This document shows positions 1 to 9,609 of a DNA stretch of 40,802 nt, one piece after another. The notes below the pieces were generated by a model. The model was not told the origin of the DNA. It ran no database searches and saw nothing but the letters and a program-made list of their open reading frames with translations. Both the position numbers and the translations under genes were made by a program. Every line of letters begins with the position of its first letter. Within the stretch, counting starts at the first letter, position 1. The stretch lies in contig JASFTK010000003.1 of assembly GCA_050053595.1 (NCBI GenBank), forward strand, positions 1 through 40,802. Reading direction: 5' to 3'. The DNA comes from Candidatus Bathyarchaeota archaeon (GTDB lineage: Archaea; Thermoproteota; Bathyarchaeia; TCS64).

Positions 1-712
1 CCCGCACCAGCTTGGGCATATCGGCGTGGACGACCTCCTTGTCGATGATGAGGCCGTTGATGAGAGCCGTATCAGTGATAGAACCCCCAGGCTTCTTCTC
101 AACCTTGATCATATCAATATCCACCTCGTTACCGCCGTCGGCCTCTTCAACGACTTGGAGGACAGCGTCTACCGCCACATCGGCGATATAGTCCCTCTGG
201 CCTGCGATCAGCTTGCTTGCCATGGCCGTCTTAGCTACTTTCTTGAGCATCTTTCTGTCGAAGGGATCAACCTCCAACGCAAACCCCTCTAGAAATTCGA
301 CGGCTTTCTTCTGGGCTTCTCTGTAGCCGTCGATGACCACCGTGGGATGGATCTGCTTCTTCATCAACTCAACCGCCTTGCCCAGCAGCTCACCGGTGAG
401 CACCACAACACTCGTGGTGCCATCCCCGACCTCGTCGTCCTGGGTCTTAGAGACCTCGACTATCATCTTCGCCGCCGGGTGCTGGACATCCATCTCCTTG
501 AGCATCGTCGCCCCGTCGTTGGTGATGGTCACATCTCCGAAGCTGTCCACCAGCATCTTATCCATACCCTTGGGACCCAGAGAAGACTTTACCGCCTCAG
601 CGACGACACGGGCCGCCATAATATTAGCCTCCCGGGCGTCCTTCCCGCGGTTGCGCTGTGTTCCTTCTTTAAGTATAATTATCGGTTGTCCACCATAACC
701 AGGTGCACTCAT
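1..712 (-). CDS. ths: Thermosome (group II chaperonin) subunit; 5' part only, runs off the window edge
   Basis: Not in the ORF track. Manual minus-strand translation from ATG at 712 gives [20 protein letters not shown]...[41 protein letters not shown]...[11 protein letters not shown], with the chaperonin GPKGMDK and GDGTT motifs. SD-like GAGGTGA at 725-719. Confidence 0.97.
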   Translation of the reverse strand, partial: MSAPGYGGQPIIILKEGTQRNRGKDAREANIMAARVVAEAVKSSLGPKGMDKMLVDSFGDVTITNDGATMLKEMDVQHPAAKMIVEVSKTQDDEVGDGTTSVVVLTGELLGKAVELMKKQIHPTVVIDGYREAQKKAVEFLEGFALEVDPFDRKMLKKVAKTAMASKLIAGQRDYIADVAVDAVLQVVEEADGGNEVDIDMIKVEKKPGGSITDTALINGLIIDKEVVHADMPKLVR

Positions 713-843
713 ACATTTTCACCTCGAAACTATACCTCAAAACCAGAGAATAATAATATAAACATTACCTTAAAACACCCCAGATCTGTCCCAGAGTAAT
801 AGAGAAAAACCAGAGATAGTCCCCCTTGAGAGCTGTGGGACCG

Positions 844-1785
844 CTATTGTTCTGCAACCACTCTGTTCCTCATTACCCCTATCTTCTCGATACCGGTCTC
901 CAGGACACTGCCAACCTCTAGGAAGCCCAAGGGGTGGGCGCTCCCTACCCCAGAGGGGGTCCCCGTAGCAATGACATCTCCAACCTCCAAGGTTATGCCT
1001 GCGGAGAGGGTGGCGATGATTGTGGGTATATCGAAGATCATATGGGAAGTGTTGGAGCTCTGGCGGATCTCTCCGTCGACCTTAGACCAGACATCTAGGT
1101 TCATAGGGTCCCCGATCTCGTCAGGGGTCACTAGGTATGGCCCCATGGGGGCGAAGGTATCCAGACTTTTTCCCTTGAACCATTGACCATGCCTCCTCTG
1201 GAGGTCCCTGGCAGAGACATCGTTGAACGCTGTGTATCCGGCGATATGGTCGTAGACATCATCCTCTACGATATATTTACCCCTCTTACCGATCACAACA
1301 GCCAGTTCTACCTCATAATCCAACTTCTCAGTGACCTTTGGATAGACTATATCACAGTAGGGCCCCGTTACAGCCGTCGGGGGCTTGGTGAAAAAGATCG
1401 GATGCTTGGGAAGAGACCTGGGCTCCTCCTTGGATTTACTCCCCTCAGCGACGTGATCCGCATAGTTCAACCCCAAGCAGACGAGGTTCTTACTTGGCCT
1501 CGATATGGGGGCCATTAATTCAACTTCGTCCCTACTAAGCAGTACCTCAGGGGCACCGCCTCCTTGAACCTCATCTCGGGCGTGCTCCATAACCTCGTTC
1601 ATCTCACGCATCCCATACTCCCCCAATGAGAGTAGAGACCTCATGTCTTTCAAGTCTGGGATGGGTGGATCCGAGAAAAACCCTCCATATCCGGTGGAGA
1701 GCGCCTCACCAATGTCTAGGACCTTATCATCGACCAAGACCCCGACACCCGAAATATCCCCTTTTTTGAAACTGAGTAGCTTCAT
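844..1785 (-). CDS. Fumarylacetoacetate hydrolase (FAH) family protein
   Basis: Motifs CLGLNYADH, FFTKP, DYEVEL, NDVSARD, GKSLDTF, TGTPSGVG. Confidence 0.93.
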   Translation of the reverse strand: MKLLSFKKGDISGVGVLVDDKVLDIGEALSTGYGGFFSDPPIPDLKDMRSLLSLGEYGMREMNEVMEHARDEVQGGGAPEVLLSRDEVELMAPISRPSKNLVCLGLNYADHVAEGSKSKEEPRSLPKHPIFFTKPPTAVTGPYCDIVYPKVTEKLDYEVELAVVIGKRGKYIVEDDVYDHIAGYTAFNDVSARDLQRRHGQWFKGKSLDTFAPMGPYLVTPDEIGDPMNLDVWSKVDGEIRQSSNTSHMIFDIPTIIATLSAGITLEVGDVIATGTPSGVGSAHPLGFLEVGSVLETGIEKIGVMRNRVVAEQ

Positions 1786-2075
1786 ACACTCAAAGTAATG
1801 CGTCCAACATTTAACACTATACGGCTGTGTTCCTACGTGATCCTTTCCAATGGAGGAGGGGGGATCTGATGGTTGTAAATCCCTTTCAACTGGTTAGCTA
1901 CAATATCAGGAGTATTACGGTATATATTCAGAATTGTTCACACATCTGAGTGAATGTCATAAATAATCCATCTTATCTTAAAATGATTGGACAATAATTA
2001 ATCTCTTATGATTGTTGGTAGGATAGATTAATAAACCTTTTATAGCATTTGAAGCATCCTTTCCCAAAAGTTTAG

Positions 2076-2486
2076 GTGTATGGATTGACGTTAACGTTCG
2101 ACCCGTCTAAGACCGGATTCGAGAAAGTATTCAGGGAATACCAGGTAATAGCTCTGAGGTATATATGGGAAAACGAGGGGAATAGCGTCACATCAAGGCA
2201 GATCTACAACCATGTGAAAGACTCCCTCAGGGATGGAAAGACGATATCAAGGGCTTCCATAATAAACTTCCTCAACATGATGAGTGAGGAAGAGCTGCTG
2301 AACTACGAGGAGGAGACCTGCAAAGGGGGGACCAGGCGCAGATATACCCCCGGCTTAGATGAGAGGGGCTTCAAGAAATATATAGCAAAGACAGTGTTAG
2401 ATAGCCTCGTAAAAGATTTCCCCCAGCCAACACGTGAAGTCATCAGGGAATCATTGAGCGCTCCAACTGGAGAATCAGGCAGATAA
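2076..2486 (+). CDS. Winged-helix DNA-binding protein, BlaI/CopY-like; paralog of 26783..27151
   Basis: wHTH pattern (VTSRQIY...SRASIINFLN...EETCKGGTRRRY) followed by a C-terminal helix. The start may instead be TTG at 2085. Confidence 0.75.
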   Translation: MYGLTLTFDPSKTGFEKVFREYQVIALRYIWENEGNSVTSRQIYNHVKDSLRDGKTISRASIINFLNMMSEEELLNYEEETCKGGTRRRYTPGLDERGFKKYIAKTVLDSLVKDFPQPTREVIRESLSAPTGESGR

Positions 2487-2577
2487 CATTTTACTAGCTG
2501 CTCAATCCTCCCTTAGAACTCATTTTTCTATACAACAGCCCTTATCAGTTGTACGAAGGTATTACCCCCGGAAAGGG

Positions 2578-2787
2578 ATGATAGTCACAGTCGAGGTCAA
2601 ACCGGGCGCTAATAGAGAGGAGATCGTGAAGATCGGAGACGCCCGTTACAGGGTCAGCGTTAAGGCAAGGAGGAAGAAAGGGAAGGCGAATGCAGCAGTG
2701 CTGAAGTTGCTCAAGAGACACTTCGGTAAGTCCGCGTACATTGTGAGAGGTACGACCTCTAAGACCAAGTTAATAGAGATCATCTGA
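2578..2787 (+). CDS. DUF167/UPF0235 (YggU-like) protein
   Basis: VEVKPGA...VSVKA...GKANAAV...IVRGTTSKTK family pattern. Confidence 0.9.
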   Translation: MIVTVEVKPGANREEIVKIGDARYRVSVKARRKKGKANAAVLKLLKRHFGKSAYIVRGTTSKTKLIEII

Positions 2788-2828
2788 TGGTCTGAATTTT
2801 TTTAATCCCCGGCGTGGTCTGTTACAGT

Positions 2829-3470
2829 ATGGTCGAGATATTAGAGGGGATACACACTGTTGAGCAGTCCCCAGCTGATGGGTGGGACCTCGAGGGGTAT
2901 ATCCTGGATTGCGGTGATGATCTGGTCATAGTTGATACGGGGTTCACAGCCAGTGACATCTCCTCATACAGGGGGGAGCTTGAAGCTATGGGGAGGGACT
3001 GGACGGAGGTCTCTGCTATCCTGATAACCCATGGCCACGGGGATCATATCGAGAACCTTACACAGATCAAGGATCTAACGGGCGCAGACGTGATGGCTGG
3101 AACGGGCGATGTCGCGAGCATAGAGGCTAGGACAGGGGTGAAAGTGGACAGAGCTCTGGACCACGGTGATCTTCTTGAGCTGTGCGGTGGCATAGAGGTT
3201 GTCCTGGTCCCCGGTCATTCAGAGGGGAATCTATGTTTCTTCCTGGTCAAGCAGAAGACGATGATCGCAGGGGACACGATCTTCGGTGACGAGCGGGGGA
3301 ATCTCCTTGCCCCTCCCGAGAAGTATTGTGTTGACGTAGGGATGGCGGCCGATGAGATAAGTCGTCTGTTGGAGTACGACTTCGACAGGCTCTTGCTATC
3401 TCATGGAGAAAACCTGATGAGGGATGCTAAAAGGATGGTTGAGAGACTCTGTGCACAGAGCAGGGTCTAA
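2829..3470 (+). CDS. MBL-fold metallo-hydrolase
   Basis: THGHGDH motif, PGHS, AGD, LSHG. ATG 2829 preferred over GTG 2814. Confidence 0.92.
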   Translation: MVEILEGIHTVEQSPADGWDLEGYILDCGDDLVIVDTGFTASDISSYRGELEAMGRDWTEVSAILITHGHGDHIENLTQIKDLTGADVMAGTGDVASIEARTGVKVDRALDHGDLLELCGGIEVVLVPGHSEGNLCFFLVKQKTMIAGDTIFGDERGNLLAPPEKYCVDVGMAADEISRLLEYDFDRLLLSHGENLMRDAKRMVERLCAQSRV

Positions 3471-3760
3471 GCCAGGGCACTGATGACTTCCCTGACTACC
3501 TTACCGGGCTCCAGCCCCAGTGCTTCCGCCTTTGATGTTGAGGCCTTGATCTCTGCGTTCAATACGTCCTCAAAGCTGTTGACACCTGAGACGATGGTGG
3601 CGGTGGCCCCTAATGATTCAGCTGCATCTAGATTCAGGTAGCCGCACATCACGAACCCCTTCTCGCCCTCTATGAGGAGGAGGGGAGGCAGATTTTTCAG
3701 TCCGAACCTGAGGCCTAGGAAGGAATGGCCCTCTATCTCCAACTTGTCTACCTCTATCAT
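3467..3760 (-). CDS. DUF1805/YunC-like protein
   Basis: PLLLI..KGFVMCGYLN...SGVNSFEDVL family pattern. Confidence 0.88.
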   Translation of the reverse strand: MIEVDKLEIEGHSFLGLRFGLKNLPPLLLIEGEKGFVMCGYLNLDAAESLGATATIVSGVNSFEDVLNAEIKASTSKAEALGLEPGKVVREVISALA

Positions 3761-3802
3761 GTTGGTGGACCCATAAGCCAGATATTTTATAACGCCTTCG
3801 AC

Positions 3803-4213
3803 TCAGCCCAATCGTCTGGTCAGTAGTACATTGTCAAGGGATTCTATTGCATAGACACCGATGACTGCCATCCATCTTCCAGCCTCCCGCCTGTACCCCT
3901 TTTCCACTCTGACCCCCCGCTTCTCGAACAACTGGGAGAGCCGGCGATTTATCTCGCGTCCCTCCTCATCAAAGTCTGTGAGGAGGACCACAGAGCCATT
4001 ATCCCTCGAGAGGTTGTCGACAAAATCTGAGTCCGAGACCTTCAACTGGGAGAAGACCGTGATTCTCCCTTTGAAGCCAAGATTCCTGAGGGCCTGGAGG
4101 TCCCTGATACCCTCTACAACAGTCATGTCGCCGCGATCATCTATCTCCTCTAAGAGGTTCATCAGGCCTTCATAAGCCCGTTCGAATAACCGCATACGGC
4201 TCTTACCCTTCAA
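3803..4213 (-). CDS. Small TOPRIM-domain protein (UPF0292 / RNase M5-like)
   Basis: VVEGIRD and LLTDFDEEG TOPRIM motifs. Exact start uncertain. Confidence 0.88.
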   Translation of the reverse strand: MKGKSRMRLFERAYEGLMNLLEEIDDRGDMTVVEGIRDLQALRNLGFKGRITVFSQLKVSDSDFVDNLSRDNGSVVLLTDFDEEGREINRRLSQLFEKRGVRVEKGYRREAGRWMAVIGVYAIESLDNVLLTRRLG

Positions 4214-5592
4214 CTGTCACCCACCAGGATAAGGTTGAGGTCGTTCACATTGGTGCCTGTCGGTCCTGTGACCAGAGCGTCTCCTAGCTGGTTGAAGAAG
4301 GAGAAGGAGTCGTTCTCGTCCAGATATTCCAATGGATTCAACCCCTCCCGTCTCGCTCTTCTCAGTGTCGCCCCGTCGACCAGGGCCCCTGCAGCTTCGG
4401 TTGGTCCATCTATGCCATCTGTGGCCAGTGTGATGAGGATGGCTTCCAAGCCATTGATTTTGAGTGAAGCGGCTAGAGCGGTCTCCTGATTCCTCCCTCC
4501 TATGCCGTCTCCCTTCACTATCACCGTGGTCTCCCCTCCCAGAATCAGCGCAGCTCTCGGTCTCACCGGATTCCCTGAGTCTAATGCCTCACAGGCTATC
4601 CCCCCTAATACCTTCCCAACCTCCCTGGCCTCCCCCTCTATCTGGGTGGAAAGTAGTAAGGAGTTGTAGCCGAGCGCACTGGCCTTATCCAGAGCGGCCA
4701 GAGCGGCTTCTCGGTTGTTCCCGATGATATAGTTGCTGACCTTCTCGAAGATTGGATCCCCCTCTTTTGGGGTCTCCTGGACATCCCCTTTAAGCCCTGA
4801 CTCAATACGCCGTCTTACAGCTTGAGGGGCGCTTTCCCACAGCCTATATCTCTTCAGCACGTGGAAGGCGTCATTGAATGAGGTGTTATCTGGGGATGTG
4901 GGGCCTGATGCGATGGTATCTAAGGGGTCTCCCACCACGTCTGAAAGGATGAGGCTGACAACCGTTGCTGGATATGCTCTTTTTGCCAGCAGTCCGCCTT
5001 TGACGGCGGAGAGGTGTTTCCTGACTGCGTTAATCTCGCCTATGGTTGCCCCGCTCATGAGGAGATCAGAGGTCACATCCCGGATATCTCCAAGGGATAC
5101 TTCACGGTCGGGATAGACTAAGAGGGATGACCCGCCCCCCGATATTAGGACTATCACCAGATCTGCATCCCCCGCTCCATCCAGGAGGGCCAGCATCTTT
5201 TCCACCCCTTGGACCCCTGTCTTGTCTGGAACTGGGTGAGAAGCCCCGTTCACCCTTATTTTTCCGAGTTTATATCTCCCCTCTGTACCCTTGAGGACAT
5301 TCACAGCTCCTGAGGTGATCCGTTCTCCCAGAATCTCTTTGGTGGCTCCGGCCATAGCGCCGCACGCCTTCCCTCCCCCGATGATGTATATATTCTGGAG
5401 CTCGTTGAGATCCCATGTTCTCCCTTTTACTGTGAGGACTGGATCTTTGAGCCCCATGTTTCTCCTGACAGCCTCACCTGGATCAACGGCCCTCAGTGCA
5501 TCCTCCATGATGTCCAAGGCGTCTTCCCTGAGCCTACGGAGTGGTTCCGAAGCAGCGTTCTCCAGCAGCGTCTCTCGGTTGCGGAAGAGCAT
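4210..5592 (-). CDS. gck: Glycerate 2-kinase (class II, DUF4147 + MOFRL domains)
   Basis: GKA, ASHPVPD, ISGGGSSL, KGG, SDVVGD..IASGP, GGETTV, GGRNQE, TDGIDG, TGTNVND motifs. Confidence 0.93.
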   Translation of the reverse strand: MLFRNRETLLENAASEPLRRLREDALDIMEDALRAVDPGEAVRRNMGLKDPVLTVKGRTWDLNELQNIYIIGGGKACGAMAGATKEILGERITSGAVNVLKGTEGRYKLGKIRVNGASHPVPDKTGVQGVEKMLALLDGAGDADLVIVLISGGGSSLLVYPDREVSLGDIRDVTSDLLMSGATIGEINAVRKHLSAVKGGLLAKRAYPATVVSLILSDVVGDPLDTIASGPTSPDNTSFNDAFHVLKRYRLWESAPQAVRRRIESGLKGDVQETPKEGDPIFEKVSNYIIGNNREAALAALDKASALGYNSLLLSTQIEGEAREVGKVLGGIACEALDSGNPVRPRAALILGGETTVIVKGDGIGGRNQETALAASLKINGLEAILITLATDGIDGPTEAAGALVDGATLRRARREGLNPLEYLDENDSFSFFNQLGDALVTGPTGTNVNDLNLILVGDS

Positions 5593-5670
5593 CTAGATCT
5601 TTCCTATCTGGAATCTGTGGTCATAGCTGAAAAAACATTAGGTCGGGGAGAAGGGAGAGAATGGGTGTCT

Positions 5671-7878
5671 TTACTCTCTCACGATGTACCTGCTAGCTTT
5701 AGGTGGCTGTGGGTCCAAGCCCTTGCGGGTCCTCACTTTCGCCACGGTCTCATCAAGGAGATTTGGGGGTACCGGTGCCCAGTGGTCGAAGGTGCTCTGC
5801 CAGAAGGCGCTCCCTGATGTAGCGGATCTCATCTCCTGGGACAGGCCGAGGGTCTCTGAGACTGGTACCATACCCGTGACCGTTACGGCGGGACCTCGCT
5901 GTTCGACGTTGTGGATGCTCCCCCGCTTCCTGCTCAGTAAGCCGGTGACATTTCCAAGCTCCTCCGGGGGGATCCGGACCTGTATATTGTATATAGGCTC
6001 AAGGAGGGTGGGTTCGGCTGATAGTATAGCGGCGAATAAAGCCTGTCGTGTGGCTGGCATCATCTGGGCGGGGCCCCTGTGGACAGGGTCTTCATGGAGC
6101 TGGATGTCCATGAGCTTTATGTGGACGCCTCTGACAGCCTCCCCTGCAAAGGGGCCGGATTCCAGAGACCAGTGGAAGCCTCCCGCGATGTGTTGTATGA
6201 CTTCCCTCAGGTACTGGATGCCTGAGGTCTCGTTGGTAAGGATGTTCGCATTGGTGTTGACGGAGACGATCCGCCTGGCTTCCCTTGTTGTCCACCCTAC
6301 CTCCTCGTGCATCACATCCTCCCTCTGTCGCCTTGAGCTCAGCTCGCTCAATTCCCCCTCCTTGATGAGGTCTACGATGACTGGATCGAGGGGCTCCACA
6401 TCGAACCAGAGCCGGTTATGCTTATTGGGACTCTTCCCCATGAAGGGCCCCATCTTTTTCTGGATAGTCTCACGGTAGACGACTGTGGGCTCCGTCGCGA
6501 TAACGTCGAGCCTGTGCTCCCGCTTGAGGTCCTTGATCGCAATCTCAAGGTGGAGCTCCCCCATACCTGAGAGCAGATACTCCCCTGTCTCCTGGTTTAT
6601 GGTAGCCACCAGGTTAGGGTCTTGGATTGAAAGCTTCTGGAGGGCGTCTATCAGCCTCGGCAGGTCAGTGGGCCGCCTAGGTTCCACAGCCACGGTGAGC
6701 ACCGGATCTGAGATATACTTTATCGACTCGAAACCGACGGCCCCTTCGTGATGTGATAGGCTGACGAGGGTCTCCCCCGCCCGGCCCTGCTCTAGGCCAA
6801 GGAGGGCTACCAGGTTCCCTGCTGGGATCTCGTCTACGACCTCCCTGTACTGGCCCATGTAGATGCATACCTGCTGGATCTTGTACTGTCTGTTGGCTAT
6901 CAGCAGGTAGACATCCTGCCCTTTCCTTATTGTGCCTGAGAAGATGCGCCCCGTGCTCACAACCCCGGCCTGGGGGTCGATGATTACGTTGGTGATACAG
7001 ACGACTAGGGGGCCTTCCTCGTCCAGATTGACCATGGATCCCCCCATCTCGCTCTCGATGTCCCCTTGCCAGATCTTCTCAAGCCTGAATGGTTGGGCCT
7101 CGATGGGGTTAGGTAGATGGTGGACGGCCATCTCGAATATGGCTTCGCTGAGGGGTAGTAGTTCCTGGAGTTTCTCCAGCTCTCCGTTCTTATAGAAATC
7201 AACTATGTCCTGGAAGGACAGACCCTTCTTCTGGAGCATGGGGAGGGTGAACCCCCAGCGGTCGAGAGCTGAACCGAAAGCGACTGTCCCATCAGCGGCG
7301 TTGACCGTCCATTTGTTCCTCAGTTGGTCCTCGCCATAGGTCTTGACGATGGTGTTGAACTGGGTGATTACCCTGAGGAGCTTCTCCTGGACCGCATCGG
7401 AATCCATCTTGAGCTCCTTGATGAGCCGGTCGAACTTGTTGATGTATAGTACCGGCTTCACCCTCTCATCCAGTGCGACCCTGAGACGTACCTCGGACAT
7501 GATCTGGAACTCCTCCACGGCGTCCACAAGCAGGACGCATCCGTCCAACGCCCTCAGGGCCCGGGTCACCTTCCCGGAGAAGTCGACGTGTCCAGGCGTG
7601 TCGATGAGATTGATGACGTAAGGCTGGCCCGCTTCCTCGTAGAGGAGGCTGATGTTCGCGGTCTTGATGGTGATACCTCTCCTCTGCTCCTCCTCAAGGA
7701 AGTCGAGAGCCCGGGTCTCCCCTGCTCTATCTGGGGCCATAAGCCCTGCCATAGCCAGTAGGCTGTCGCTCATGGTGGTCTTACCATGGTCGATGTGCGC
7801 AATGATCCCTATGTTCCTGATGTGCTCCTTATCGTTCATCAGCTTCAGGATCTCGTTGGTCTGTTTGTACCTCGGCAT
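5671..7878 (-). CDS. fusA: Archaeal translation elongation factor 2 (aEF-2)
   Basis: AHIDHGKTT, RGITI, DTPGH, NKFD, GMGELHLE, KSPNKHN and diphthamide loop HEDPVHRG; 735 aa. Confidence 0.97.
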   Translation of the reverse strand: MPRYKQTNEILKLMNDKEHIRNIGIIAHIDHGKTTMSDSLLAMAGLMAPDRAGETRALDFLEEEQRRGITIKTANISLLYEEAGQPYVINLIDTPGHVDFSGKVTRALRALDGCVLLVDAVEEFQIMSEVRLRVALDERVKPVLYINKFDRLIKELKMDSDAVQEKLLRVITQFNTIVKTYGEDQLRNKWTVNAADGTVAFGSALDRWGFTLPMLQKKGLSFQDIVDFYKNGELEKLQELLPLSEAIFEMAVHHLPNPIEAQPFRLEKIWQGDIESEMGGSMVNLDEEGPLVVCITNVIIDPQAGVVSTGRIFSGTIRKGQDVYLLIANRQYKIQQVCIYMGQYREVVDEIPAGNLVALLGLEQGRAGETLVSLSHHEGAVGFESIKYISDPVLTVAVEPRRPTDLPRLIDALQKLSIQDPNLVATINQETGEYLLSGMGELHLEIAIKDLKREHRLDVIATEPTVVYRETIQKKMGPFMGKSPNKHNRLWFDVEPLDPVIVDLIKEGELSELSSRRQREDVMHEEVGWTTREARRIVSVNTNANILTNETSGIQYLREVIQHIAGGFHWSLESGPFAGEAVRGVHIKLMDIQLHEDPVHRGPAQMMPATRQALFAAILSAEPTLLEPIYNIQVRIPPEELGNVTGLLSRKRGSIHNVEQRGPAVTVTGMVPVSETLGLSQEMRSATSGSAFWQSTFDHWAPVPPNLLDETVAKVRTRKGLDPQPPKASRYIVRE

Positions 7879-8145
7879 ATCTCGTCAAACCTATACTACA
7901 GATTACGCTATAGACACCAAACAGGGTTAATTTAAAGGTATTCTTGACCGATATCTTTCAATAATTATATCCAAAATACCTGTTTTCCCAAAAATAGAAG
8001 ACTTCACTGCATCTTTGAACCTGCGTGCTCGGTTTTTTACCCATACCCGTCTGTATATGCAATTTTTTCATTTCATACTTTGAGAGATAGAACCTTTTAT
8101 TCACGTAAGTAAATGTTAATTGCAATCACTACTAAATTTAAAATT

Positions 8146-8286
8146 ATGCCAAGAAAGCGACGATACAGATGTGATCTATCGAAAAGGGAACGGTTTCTGA
8201 TATGTAACAGATCTCGAGCCTCTAAAGCCTGTTTGAGAGCAGGTTTTTTTGGTAAGTGCCAACACTTGAAAATTAGTTACAGGTAA
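8146..8286 (+). CDS. Possible small basic Cys-containing protein (46 aa)
   Basis: Manual translation MPRKRRYRCDLSKRERFLICNRSRASKACLRAGFFGKCQHLKISYR*; stops 14 nt before the next gene. No recognised family. Confidence 0.25.
   Translation: MPRKRRYRCDLSKRERFLICNRSRASKACLRAGFFGKCQHLKISYR
8224..8250 (+). terminator. Hairpin followed by a T7 run (terminator-like)
   Basis: AAAGCCTGT-ttgaga-GCAGGTTTTTTT: stem with G-U pairs followed by seven T. Confidence 0.35.
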
Positions 8287-8300
8287 AGGTGGTGACCTAG

Positions 8301-8822
8301 ATGTATGCCCAAGGTCACGCGGGGTTAACCCTCATATTGATGTCCCTACTAATGATCCCATTCGAATACAACACAATCAACATTCTAATCATAGTCTTGG
8401 CTGCCGGATTATCCACGCTTCTTGACATCGATCTTCAATGGCAGCGACAGGGTTATCCCTTTCATCATAGAGGCCGCACACATAGCATCCTGGCTGCGTT
8501 AATAGCTGGAGTCCTATTTGGCATATTCATGTGGTACGGTTTCAAGGAAATTCTATATTTTGGAATTGGATTCATAGCTGGTTTCATGGCTGTAGTAAGC
8601 CACATGCTTGGAGACCTCCTCACTCATATGGCCTTCAAGCCCTTATGGCCATTCGATAAACGAGAAGTTAGTTTTGGAATCTGCTCAGCTAGCAATCGGG
8701 CAGCCAATGAAGGTCTTGGCACCGTTGGCACTTTAGCCTTCTTCGTCTATATATTGAATGGTCAGGGCTCATTGAGCGTTTTTATAGATGCTATAAAATC
8801 CCTTTTTAGAATCCTTGAATAA
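8301..8822 (+). CDS. Membrane-bound metal-dependent hydrolase (YbcI/YdjM-like, DUF457)
   Basis: N-terminal GH, LDID, HRGRTHS, SHMLGD, PLWP motifs; hydrophobic helices; SD GGTGGTGA upstream. Confidence 0.9.
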   Translation: MYAQGHAGLTLILMSLLMIPFEYNTINILIIVLAAGLSTLLDIDLQWQRQGYPFHHRGRTHSILAALIAGVLFGIFMWYGFKEILYFGIGFIAGFMAVVSHMLGDLLTHMAFKPLWPFDKREVSFGICSASNRAANEGLGTVGTLAFFVYILNGQGSLSVFIDAIKSLFRILE

Positions 8823-8996
8823 AATTGTGAGGTAAGCACGCGCACATACTTGATAAATGACAGGGGTTAGATGAACTTGGTTGAGATAAATATACCAGAA
8901 CTCATAGAAAACCACTAATAGATTATTCGGGGATGAAATGGTTACAACCCTACGCTTCTATATAAATAAAGGGTAGAAGATGTGTGGCTTGTGAAT

Positions 8997-9434
8997 CTAG
9001 TATCTCCGGCGTGAGCCTGTACGCCTGCGCCCTCTGCCCCTGTAGCCCCTTGACTGCTGGAAAACCTTACTTGACAGGTTGTTGTCGAGGTTCATCTCTT
9101 CGAAGGGAGCTTCGTCTAGAACCTCGAAACTGCCGTAACGCCCCAGATTGAGGCGCATCGAGCCTCGGAACAGATTGACATATGCATCCTTGATGTTCAG
9201 GACCTGTTCGTCCTCCACCTGACCGATCACATCATCCCATAGAGTTAGGTAGATGCTCCCCGAATCGTCGGCCACAAGAGCCTCAGCGACCCGATGGGTC
9301 GACCTGTCGGATCTGGAGGTGACTTCCCGAGCATCAGTGACGGACACAACCTTGACGACCGTGTAAACCTTCCTAGAGTATTGAGTTAGATCACCGACTT
9401 TTACCATATCAACGTCGCTATCGTCGTACGCCAT
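8997..9434 (-). CDS. ssb: Single-stranded DNA-binding protein, crenarchaeal single-OB type
   Basis: OB fold (VAEALVADDSGSIYLTLWD...NAY-like DAYVNLFRG..LNLGRYG) plus a Gly/Arg tail. Confidence 0.88.
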   Translation of the reverse strand: MAYDDSDVDMVKVGDLTQYSRKVYTVVKVVSVTDAREVTSRSDRSTHRVAEALVADDSGSIYLTLWDDVIGQVEDEQVLNIKDAYVNLFRGSMRLNLGRYGSFEVLDEAPFEEMNLDNNLSSKVFQQSRGYRGRGRRRTGSRRRY

Positions 9435-9570
9435 CTCATTCTACTCTCGTATAGCGAGCGAACATCGTCTTAAAAAAGATATAAGATTTGTTATTTGTAA
9501 AAATAGCCCATTCTGAGGGGTTATAGACATATTAATCCTCTTAGACAAGTGGATATCATTCCAGAACACC

Positions 9571-9584
9571 AAAGCCTTTAAAAG
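9571..9584 (+). promoter_or_regulatory. BRE/TATA element of alba, probably a leaderless transcript
   Basis: AAAGCC-TTTAAAAG ends about 26 nt upstream of the ATG at 9610. Confidence 0.6.
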
Positions 9585-9609
9585 CGGATAGCGTGAAGAA
9601 AACTTTGCA

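Noticed and set aside
26-799. Plus-strand ORFs 26..292, 333..698 and 347..799
   Set aside because: Antisense shadows of the thermosome gene on the minus strand.
1869-1949. 26-codon ORF behind a G-rich SD-like run (GGAGGAGGGGGG)
   Set aside because: Too short and featureless to support.
5684-7930. Long plus-strand ORFs opposite EF-2, and similar ones opposite the ECF, leu, ETF, thiolase and epimerase genes
   Set aside because: Ser/Pro-rich antisense frames expected from codon bias; no recognisable motifs.
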